A stretch of DNA of 64,000 nucleotides. It comes from an uncultured virus (IMG/VR IMGVR_UViG_3300026521_000001) (taxonomy: Duplodnaviria; Heunggongvirae; Uroviricota; Caudoviricetes). The number at the start of each line of letters is the position of its first letter. The stretch's first letter is position 1. Under the pieces are notes generated by a model that worked only from the letters and a program-made list of their open reading frames with translations, was not told where the DNA came from and made no database searches. Positions 21,164 through 28,252 of this stretch are shown here, piece by piece. The stretch lies in the IMG/VR virus record IMGVR_UViG_3300026521_000001; one strand, 5' to 3'. A program made the translations under genes and the position numbers.

Positions 21164-22744
21164 TTATACATCATATGGATTATATCCATCATCATCTTCT
21201 TCATAATGTGATACTTCTTCGAACTCATCAGTTTTCTCATTATATTTATACTCAACAGGTGCACTTGGCAATATAGGCTCAAAAGTAATCAACATAGAAA
21301 TTATATCTAAAAAGTCATCATGTTTAGATTTAAATCCATCAGCAGATACGTTAAATATTTCAGCTAACCCTTCACGCATAAAAGTACTGTCTTCTAATTC
21401 AGAAGCAAACCATATTCTTTTAGATTTAAATAAAGGTTCAACTAATTTAAATCTACTAAATTTATCAGTACTTGGTCTGATACCTGGTTTAGTAGCGCCT
21501 GGTTCAGATAATAAATTAAAGAATATATTTCTTTTAATCATTTCTTGTTGGATCCAAGAAATAAATCCTCCTTGTTGCCCTGTAACTTCTACACCTACCC
21601 CAAGAGGCTTATACATAGAAGCAAATCTAAATAAATCATTTATATTTTCATCCATTTGTTGTCTTGCTAATTTACCATCAACTAATAGAAACTGACCTTC
21701 AGTATTAACAGCCCATACAGCAATTACACTATAATCAGAACTTTTCTTTTCACTCGTAGCAAAGTCAGTAGTAATATAAAAATTATAGTTACTCTTATTC
21801 TTAAATACTTCTTTTCTACTGAACCATACAATATCATCTGGTTGAATTAACATGTCTTCTTTACTTAAAATTCTAAGCATTAACTCTTGGTTAAATGAAT
21901 GTATTCTACCTACTGCTTTAGCAGACTCATACTCATCTTTAACATACTCATAAGGGAATCTATCTTCCCAACTACCTTTAAATTTATCTGGTTCACATGG
22001 AAACTCAGTAGCAATAGGATAAACACTTACATCCCAAGTACCAGATTCAACTACCTCTACCAATGGATCATTTTTATTAAATGGGGTACCAATATAAATA
22101 GTTTTACTTCTTGTAGGATGCATAGCTTTACCAATAGCATTATGTACATTATTCTTTACATTCTCTAATTCAGTAGGAGACTTAGCATCTTGGTCTGAAA
22201 GTAAGTCATCCATTACTACTAATTGTGGTCTAATTCCCATCTCTTTAGTACCCCTTATATTAGTCTTAGCACCATACATCTTAACTACAAACTTCTTACC
22301 AGATTTATTAATAAACTCTAATCTATTATCTGTAAATCTGATTTTAGGTACCCATTCTTTCATAAAATCACTATTCTCATATCTTGATTCTATATTCTTT
22401 CTCAAGTTCTTAGCACCACCTTCAGCACTATCTGCAACATATAAAGCAAGATTTATTTCTCCGAAACCAGGCATTTCTCCAAATACAGCAATATACATAA
22501 ACATGTACTCAGCAATTAGAGTAGTTTTAGCGAAACCCCTATGACATACAATAGCATGCCTTTTCTTCTTACTAAATACATTATCTAACACTTTAAAATG
22601 TACAACAGGAGTTTTATTCTCTTCTGATCCACCATTTACCATCTTAATAAAATTTACAAATTCTATAGCCTCAGGAGATGGAGTATAAAAAGTAAAATTA
22701 TATTCTGCTTCATTTAAATAATCTTCTAAGGTCTTCTTCATCAT
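21164..22744 (-). CDS. Terminase large subunit (N4 gp68 family)
   Basis: CHRGFAKTT Walker A, RPQLVVMDD Walker B, IGTPF, YITTDFATSEK..SDYSV nuclease motif, KHDDFLD. Confidence 0.95.
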   Translation of the reverse strand: MMKKTLEDYLNEAEYNFTFYTPSPEAIEFVNFIKMVNGGSEENKTPVVHFKVLDNVFSKKKRHAIVCHRGFAKTTLIAEYMFMYIAVFGEMPGFGEINLALYVADSAEGGAKNLRKNIESRYENSDFMKEWVPKIRFTDNRLEFINKSGKKFVVKMYGAKTNIRGTKEMGIRPQLVVMDDLLSDQDAKSPTELENVKNNVHNAIGKAMHPTRSKTIYIGTPFNKNDPLVEVVESGTWDVSVYPIATEFPCEPDKFKGSWEDRFPYEYVKDEYESAKAVGRIHSFNQELMLRILSKEDMLIQPDDIVWFSRKEVFKNKSNYNFYITTDFATSEKKSSDYSVIAVWAVNTEGQFLLVDGKLARQQMDENINDLFRFASMYKPLGVGVEVTGQQGGFISWIQQEMIKRNIFFNLLSEPGATKPGIRPSTDKFSRFKLVEPLFKSKRIWFASELEDSTFMREGLAEIFNVSADGFKSKHDDFLDIISMLITFEPILPSAPVEYKYNEKTDEFEEVSHYEEDDDGYNPYDV

Positions 22745-23030
22745 AACATTTATCCTTTATAACTTGTTCTAAATCAAGTAAATAATTATTTACTTCTTCC
22801 TGATAACTTTCTTTAGGGTACATATTCATTATTATATCTTTTCTATAATTAAGTATATTATTAACAATAAGATCTTTATGTTCGCATATATTATCAACAA
22901 ATAATTTTAAACCTGTAGGACGTTGTCCTTTTTTATGTATATGTCTATGCCACTGAAACGTTGGTTCATGAAATAGTATTTTCCTAATACTACCATCACT
23001 ATAATATAATTCTAATCTAATATCTTTCAT
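22710..23030 (-). CDS. Hypothetical protein
   Basis: 106-aa ORF between the gp69-like gene and the terminase. Confidence 0.6.
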   Translation of the reverse strand: MKDIRLELYYSDGSIRKILFHEPTFQWHRHIHKKGQRPTGLKLFVDNICEHKDLIVNNILNYRKDIIMNMYPKESYQEEVNNYLLDLEQVIKDKCYDEEDLRRLFK

Positions 23031-23032
23031 AT

Positions 23033-23722
23033 TTACTCCTCTATTTTAGCTTCTATAATTTTCATTTCTGCTACATCTTTTGCATCTATATCTCCAGCAC
23101 TAATAGCTTCTAATTGTTTACTTGCAAATTGTCTCATAGTATTCTTTAAATCTTCCAACTCTTTGCTTGGTTTAACACTAACTTCTAATTCTACTTTGTT
23201 ATTCTCAGGTAATTTAAGCTCTCTGATTAAAGCTTCTGCTGCCTTCATTCTAACCATCTCACTCTTAGCCGTCATAACTAAATTACTCAATTCATTTACA
23301 GCCATCTGTACTTTATCTTGGTTCATTACATGTACAGGAATTAAAGTTCTTTCAGTAATAGCTACAATCAAATCTCCCTTATTATAAGCACTAATATACT
23401 TATGTTGATCAGCTATTGATACACCCTCTAATAACCATTGATTTACTTTGTCTTTAAATACTATACTATAAGCATCATGGTTAGTAAATCCCATATTCTT
23501 TAGAGACACATATTTAACAGCATTAACATACTTATCTAAAGACCATCTACCATTCTCTAATACATTAGCATAAGTAATCATTTGTTCTGTAAAATCAAAC
23601 TTATCATCTTTGACAGTAGCAATTAACTTTTCATACAATTCTTCAGTTAATTGTTTCTTTTTATTTGCAGGTAATTGTTTCTTGAATATTCTATATTCTC
23701 GTAGTTGTTCTTCACTTAACAT
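23033..23722 (-). CDS. N4 gp69-like protein (putative small terminase subunit)
   Basis: YVNAVKYVSLK.MG.TN.DAY, AYNKG.L...I, AKSEMVRMKAA..L...LK.PE motifs; first gene of the late block. Confidence 0.82.
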   Translation of the reverse strand: MLSEEQLREYRIFKKQLPANKKKQLTEELYEKLIATVKDDKFDFTEQMITYANVLENGRWSLDKYVNAVKYVSLKNMGFTNHDAYSIVFKDKVNQWLLEGVSIADQHKYISAYNKGDLIVAITERTLIPVHVMNQDKVQMAVNELSNLVMTAKSEMVRMKAAEALIRELKLPENNKVELEVSVKPSKELEDLKNTMRQFASKQLEAISAGDIDAKDVAEMKIIEAKIEE

Positions 23723-23755
23723 ATATTATCCTTTGGTTCAAGATTACATATGATA

Positions 23756-23764
23756 ATTATACCA
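23756..23764 (-). promoter_or_regulatory. Extended -10 late promoter (TGGTATAAT)
   Basis: Minus strand reads CATATGGTATAAT about 35 nt upstream of the gp69-like ATG. Confidence 0.55.
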
Positions 23765-23919
23765 TATGTAACCCATAAAAATAAAATCAACCAAAGAATA
23801 ACATACTTCAATGAATAATTTAGAAGCGTCGAAATTATACTTAAATCGAACCAGAAATGCAAACTAATTAATTAGCATTGTAACAGAATACCTTATTTAA
23901 GGGATTTATATAAAGAAAG

Positions 23920-23986
23920 TGATATAATTTCTGAGAAGATTTCTCTGAAAGAATTTCTTTCAAGGAAATTTCTTGAAATTATATCA
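23920..23986. repeat. 12-bp inverted repeat enclosing three short hairpins
   Basis: TGATATAATTTC (23920-31) and GAAATTATATCA (23975-86); internal arms GAGAA/TTCTC, GAAAGA/TCTTTC, AAGGAA/TTTCTT. Confidence 0.7.
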
Positions 23987-24005
23987 ATATTTTTAGATTT
24001 GTCAA
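23978..24005 (-). promoter_or_regulatory. Consensus sigma70 promoter pointing into the late module
   Basis: Minus strand TTGACA-N16-TATAAT with TG extension; N4 late genes are transcribed by host sigma70 RNAP. Confidence 0.7.
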
Positions 24006-24149
24006 GTGAAAGCTTTAAGGAAATTTTTTTAATTTAGTATGAGTTCAGTAAACTACTCTGGATCAACTTCTGACGAAGTATCCCCCCCGTAGGGAGGTTA
24101 AGGTACTGTTCTTTTATTATCTGTGCAAATAAATAAATAAGGAGACATT

Positions 24150-24293
24150 ATGGAGTACGGAACATTAGTAGGAGGGTTTTTAATAATATTCTTCGCATAT
24201 AAGATATTTGGAGCTAAGCAAGGATTCGGTCCTTGGCTGCAAGAGCAGTTCAAGGGAGAAGGCAACCACAATGCAGAGTTTAAACCATCATAA
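24150..24293 (+). CDS. Small early membrane protein (47 aa, not in ORF track)
   Basis: AAGGAG RBS; MEYGTLVGGFLIIFFAYKIFG...; followed by a terminator. Confidence 0.7.
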   Translation: MEYGTLVGGFLIIFFAYKIFGAKQGFGPWLQEQFKGEGNHNAEFKPS

Positions 24294-24315
24294 GATGGTT
24301 ATTCTCTTTCTTTTT
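24283..24315 (+). terminator. Intrinsic terminator
   Basis: AACCATC-ATAA-GATGGTT followed by a T/C-rich tract. Confidence 0.6.
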
Positions 24316-24326
24316 CGCTTCGCTCA
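24314..24326 (+). promoter_or_regulatory. Candidate vRNAP hairpin promoter 1
   Basis: Template strand T-GA-GC-GAA-GC-GA-A contains the GCGAAGC mini-hairpin seen in N4 early promoters. Confidence 0.55.
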
Positions 24327-24403
24327 CATCACATCACATCACAATAAGATAGGTTATATACTACTATTATCTATGCAAATAAATTAAATATAAAGGATCA
24401 GAC

Positions 24404-24664
24404 ATGACATACCAAGATTTAAGAAAACACGGAAGTTTCTTCATTATGGCAAACGGGGTATTATCAGGATATTATAATCCAGTGAAATCAGACTTAGAAA
24501 AATGCAAGAGTAAAGCTCACTTGATAGAGCTTGCAGCATTTTACAGCAATAGATTAAAGATAAACATTGAGTTTGTGGAAGCGAAAGCAAGTAATAGTAC
24601 AGGGTTTAACCCAACAGATACAAACAATTCAAATTCAAATCAAGAAGAAGAAATACCTTTCTAA
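24404..24664 (+). CDS. Early protein with SSB-like acidic tail (EEEIPF)
   Basis: AAGGA RBS; C-terminus QEEEIPF. Confidence 0.7.
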   Translation: MTYQDLRKHGSFFIMANGVLSGYYNPVKSDLEKCKSKAHLIELAAFYSNRLKINIEFVEAKASNSTGFNPTDTNNSNSNQEEEIPF

Positions 24665-24848
24665 GGTTCTTCTTTTTTTCTCATACATACAAGATAGGTA
24701 TAATAATTAATTAATTATATTAAATCAGAACATAACTAAGATAGGTAAATATTTACATAAAGCTATCATAACTGTTCATATTTAAACAATCTCAAACAAG
24801 ATAGGTAAATATACTATAATTAATTAATCACTCTCAAATCACATTTAT

Positions 24849-24878
24849 CAGCCTTCATCGCTCTCGCTCTTCAGGCTG
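24849..24878 (+). promoter_or_regulatory. Candidate vRNAP hairpin promoter 2
   Basis: Template strand CAGCCT-GA-A-GA-GC-GAGA-GC-GA-T-GA-AGGCTG. Confidence 0.55.
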
Positions 24879-24931
24879 GTTCTATACTTGTATTATCTGT
24901 GCAAAAATAAATTACAATTAAAGGATTAAAA

Positions 24932-25177
24932 ATGGCAGTAGAAGCAGTATTTGAATCAGTAAGTAATAACACAGTATTAAACAAGTTAATCGACAGATGT
25001 CATGAAACACCAAACATTATATTCAGTGTATACTTAACAAGCGAGAGTAGATCATTAATTAAATTACAAATGTACAAAGATAATACATATGACCTATATA
25101 TTCCAAGTAGTAATACATCAGTTAAATCTCCATTTATAACTGATATTATTGATATATGTGAAGAACAATTAATCTAA
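24932..25177 (+). CDS. Early hypothetical protein
   Basis: AAGGA RBS, 81 aa. Confidence 0.7.
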   Translation: MAVEAVFESVSNNTVLNKLIDRCHETPNIIFSVYLTSESRSLIKLQMYKDNTYDLYIPSSNTSVKSPFITDIIDICEEQLI

Positions 25178-25208
25178 TTGATCACAACAGGAAGAAGTTA
25201 AGTAATAC

Positions 25209-25238
25209 ATAGACCTGAGCAAGTCTTTAAAAGGTTCT
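25209..25238 (+). promoter_or_regulatory. N4 middle-promoter-like element / pseudoknot
   Basis: ATAGACCTGA...TTTAA resembles the N4 RNAP II elements; AGAC/GTCT stem with loop GAGC able to pair with GTTC. Confidence 0.5.
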
Positions 25239-25261
25239 AAATTTAAATTAAAGGAAAAGAT

Positions 25262-26182
25262 ATGTTAGAAATTAACACATACTTTGAACCAGATAATGTA
25301 GAAGAAGTAGAAACAGGGTTTAATCCTGTGGATACTGATGTTATAGTTGAAGATAGTAAAGTTGAAGAAAAAGTAGAAGTAGAAGCTGTATTTGAAGATA
25401 TTGAAGATACACCTGATACTGATTTACCATTAAATAATACAATTAAATTCATATCTTATAGATTATTAAAGAAATTTAATAAAAGATATGAATGGTATAA
25501 ATTAAATTGGCTATATGAAACAATTAAAAGTAAAGATAGTTGGGCTTTACAGTATTTAGCTAATATAGTTGGTAGAAAATTCTTCAAAGGTAGTCCGTTA
25601 GAGATTACACAAAAAGGTTTAGAAATAATAGAGTTATTGCCTAAAAGTGTAGGAGAAATTAGAATAGGTGATAGTCCATATAGTGATGTATATACAGGAG
25701 CTTTTATAGTTAAAGAACCAGAGTATAAAAAAGAAGAATGGACTACTATTGAACCAGTAGATGTTACTCAGAATATTATTGAGTATAAAGATAAAAGAGA
25801 CTGGTGTCATAAAGAGTTCTGGAGAGGTAATGAAGATGAATTACCTACAGATGCAGCTTGGATACTAAATGATGTGATATTTACACTTGATGAAAGAGTA
25901 AATAATGTAACTGATTTTAGTTATGATGATATAAAAGATAGTAGTAAAAAATTAGATTTTAATGCTATCAATAGAGAAAAAGCTGCAAGTAAAATATTAA
26001 GAGATAAATGGTTAGGTAGAAGTTTTAGTTTCAAACATTTCTTCGATACAAGAGGAAGAATATACAGTGAGGGTTATCATATAAACCCACAAGGAACTAA
26101 ATATAAAAAAGCAAATCTAACTATGATAAATAACGAGTTTGAATTAGACGGTTTAGAATTAATAAAAGATAAATTACAATAA
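25262..26182 (+). CDS. RNA polymerase II subunit 1 (N4 gp15-like; N-terminal half of a T7-type RNAP)
   Basis: 'FDTRGRIYSEGYHINPQG..YKKA' (DxRGRxY motif). Confidence 0.9.
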   Translation: MLEINTYFEPDNVEEVETGFNPVDTDVIVEDSKVEEKVEVEAVFEDIEDTPDTDLPLNNTIKFISYRLLKKFNKRYEWYKLNWLYETIKSKDSWALQYLANIVGRKFFKGSPLEITQKGLEIIELLPKSVGEIRIGDSPYSDVYTGAFIVKEPEYKKEEWTTIEPVDVTQNIIEYKDKRDWCHKEFWRGNEDELPTDAAWILNDVIFTLDERVNNVTDFSYDDIKDSSKKLDFNAINREKAASKILRDKWLGRSFSFKHFFDTRGRIYSEGYHINPQGTKYKKANLTMINNEFELDGLELIKDKLQ

Positions 26183-26191
26183 AAGGAGAAA

Positions 26192-27205
26192 ATGATGAGA
26201 AGTTATAAAGATATTACAGGTGCAGAATGGGCATTAATTAGTATAGCTAACGAGGCAGGTTTCGATAAACTGCCTTGGGAACAAAGAATTGAAGTAGGAG
26301 TTAAATTGTATAAAAGATACAAAAGAGAAGTAATAGATAAATCAGAAGAATATAAATTTAATACTAAAGAAGATTTATTATTACTTAAAAGATGTAATGA
26401 ATTATATGAGCATTTAGAATTAGGTAAACAAGTACCTAATATATATTTAGATGCAACAGCTTCAGGGTTACAAATTATGTCAGCAATTACACTTGACTTA
26501 GTAGCTGGAGAAAAAGTAAATTTAGGAACCAGTGAAAGAAAAGATGTATATGTAGATACAGCTAATGGTTTAGAAAAATCTTTCGGCATAGCATTAACAA
26601 GAGATGAAATTAAGAAACCATTAATGACATTCTTCTATAATTCTATTGCTAAAATAGAAGAATTATTAGGAGAAGAAAATGCAGAGATATTCATAACTTA
26701 TTTAAAAGAAGAAGGATTTACAGGACCAGTTAAGTTAATGGATTATGTAAATTCTAAATGGGAAGCTAAAAAAGAATATAAATATAGACTTCCTGATATG
26801 GTAGTAAGAGTACCTATTATAGGAACTAAAACAGAAGATATTAAATTATCTGATGGAACTCCATTACCATTTACATATAAAGTAAATGAACCAGATGAAG
26901 ATAAATGGAGAGGTATGGTTCCTAATATAGTTCATTCACTTGATGCTTGGATATTAAGAGAAGTAATAAGAGAATTAAATACTAAAAATATAATAGTACA
27001 TACTATTCATGATTCATTTCAAGTATCAGTTAATAATGCAGTAACATTGATAGATGCTTACAAGAATGCATTTGTTAAATTAGTTGAAGAAGAGCTTATA
27101 TATAAAATATTCAAAGATTTATATGGAGTTGAATTTGAATATGATAAAGAAGTTAAAACTAAAATGATTGAAGCTATAAAAAGAAGTGAATATATGCTGA
27201 GTTAA
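26192..27205 (+). CDS. RNA polymerase II subunit 2 (N4 gp16-like; C-terminal half)
   Basis: Motif A LDATASGLQIM, motif B R..IKKPLMT.FY, NIVHSLDA, motif C IHDSF. Confidence 0.93.
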   Translation: MMRSYKDITGAEWALISIANEAGFDKLPWEQRIEVGVKLYKRYKREVIDKSEEYKFNTKEDLLLLKRCNELYEHLELGKQVPNIYLDATASGLQIMSAITLDLVAGEKVNLGTSERKDVYVDTANGLEKSFGIALTRDEIKKPLMTFFYNSIAKIEELLGEENAEIFITYLKEEGFTGPVKLMDYVNSKWEAKKEYKYRLPDMVVRVPIIGTKTEDIKLSDGTPLPFTYKVNEPDEDKWRGMVPNIVHSLDAWILREVIRELNTKNIIVHTIHDSFQVSVNNAVTLIDAYKNAFVKLVEEELIYKIFKDLYGVEFEYDKEVKTKMIEAIKRSEYMLS

Positions 27206-27235
27206 TCTCAGTGTATATCTCTTTTCTTTTTTTCT
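27190..27235 (+). terminator. Intrinsic terminator after the RNAP II genes
   Basis: ATATATGCTGAG-TTAAT-CTCAGTGTATAT followed by a T-rich tract. Confidence 0.65.
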
Positions 27236-27278
27236 TATAAATATATTATAATTATATAAAATTTTTAAAGGAGGTAAC

Positions 27279-27416
27279 ATGGAAATAATTACTCATGGAT
27301 TACTTACTTTTAGTATGTTAATGCTATTAAGTAAAGATAGAAAACCAGAAGATAGTTTATTAAAAGATACTATTAAAACTATAAACTATTTATTTGGTTC
27401 TAAAATAAGAGTTTAA
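27279..27416 (+). CDS. Small hypothetical protein (45 aa, not in ORF track)
   Basis: AAGGAGG RBS; MEIITHGLLTFSMLMLLSK...; followed by the AATAAGAG/CTCTTATT terminator. Confidence 0.65.
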   Translation: MEIITHGLLTFSMLMLLSKDRKPEDSLLKDTIKTINYLFGSKIRV

Positions 27417-27435
27417 TCTCTTATTCTTCTTTTTT

Positions 27436-27457
27436 CTTCGGTCGCAAGCTCCCTCAG
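27436..27457 (+). promoter_or_regulatory. Candidate vRNAP hairpin promoter 3
   Basis: Template strand CT-GA-GG-GA-GC-TT-GC-GA-CC-GA-AG. Confidence 0.5.
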
Positions 27458-27534
27458 TTAATATAATGAGTTTTATAATATAGGTATATTTAATGTATTT
27501 ATATTATGAAAAATTTACATATAAAGGAAGCAGA

Positions 27535-27657
27535 ATGTTAATTACAGTAGGTATGATGGATAGTTTAGAATTAGATGTATTAAGTAATTATATTATTATG
27601 AAAGATAATACTATATGGGATTTAGACACTGATATGGTATGGGATTTTTATTTATGA
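27535..27657 (+). CDS. Small acidic hypothetical protein (40 aa, not in ORF track)
   Basis: AAGGAAG RBS; MLITVGMMDSLELD...WDFYL. Confidence 0.55.
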   Translation: MLITVGMMDSLELDVLSNYIIMKDNTIWDLDTDMVWDFYL

Positions 27658-27731
27658 TATTTTATCACTTGGTTCGTTTGAATCAAGGAATAAGGTATTA
27701 ACCTTAAATAAATTAACATAAAGGAAAAAAG

Positions 27732-27908
27732 ATGAAAACAGTAAAATTATATTATGTAGATCCAGTGAGAAAAGAAGCAGTTGTATGTTTTACCAAATGT
27801 GCAGATATAGTTAAGCAAGTAGCTAAAGAAGTAAAATTAATTAAAGTAGCTAAAAGTTTCTTTAATGAATATAGATTAAATCATAAAGAAAAGGTGTTAG
27901 TATTATGA
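27732..27908 (+). CDS. Small hypothetical protein (58 aa, not in ORF track)
   Basis: AAGGA RBS; ATGA overlap with the next gene. Confidence 0.6.
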   Translation: MKTVKLYYVDPVRKEAVVCFTKCADIVKQVAKEVKLIKVAKSFFNEYRLNHKEKVLVL

Positions 27909-28252
27909 ATTTAGTAAATGAAAAAGTTGATAAAATTATTTATCAATTTAGAGGAAAAATAGCTAAGTTTAGAAGTGTAGGATTAAAAGAATTAGTTCTT
28001 TTTACAGAGGTTAAAATATGGTCAGAAGAGAACCAGAAATGGGAAGATTTTAGAGATCATATGTGGTGTGATGATAGAGTGAGAGATAGAAGATGGCAAG
28101 GAAAAGAAATTACATTCAAAGGACAAAAATATACTTATGGCAATAGCATAGGTAAAACACAAGAAGCTGTCAGATTAAAATTTCCTCAGTTACAAGCAAT
28201 AATTAAAAAGGTAAAAAATGGAAACAGTAAAAGACTACAAAAAAATAGATAA
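27905..28252 (+). CDS. Hypothetical protein
   Basis: 115 aa; 'FRGKIAKF...LFTEVK...RDHMW' beta-rich pattern. Confidence 0.65.
   Translation: MNLVNEKVDKIIYQFRGKIAKFRSVGLKELVLFTEVKIWSEENQKWEDFRDHMWCDDRVRDRRWQGKEITFKGQKYTYGNSIGKTQEAVRLKFPQLQAIIKKVKNGNSKRLQKNR

Noticed and set aside
23920..23986. Cloverleaf-like fold as a tRNA
   Set aside because: Extremely AT-rich with tiny loops, no TTC T-loop, D-loop GG or CCA; no tRNA recognised anywhere in the window
24115..24905. Early-region repeats as a CRISPR mini-array with the Cas4-like nuclease
   Set aside because: Repeats are only 9-15 bp with irregular spacing, and the nuclease is the standard N4 gp42-like replication gene
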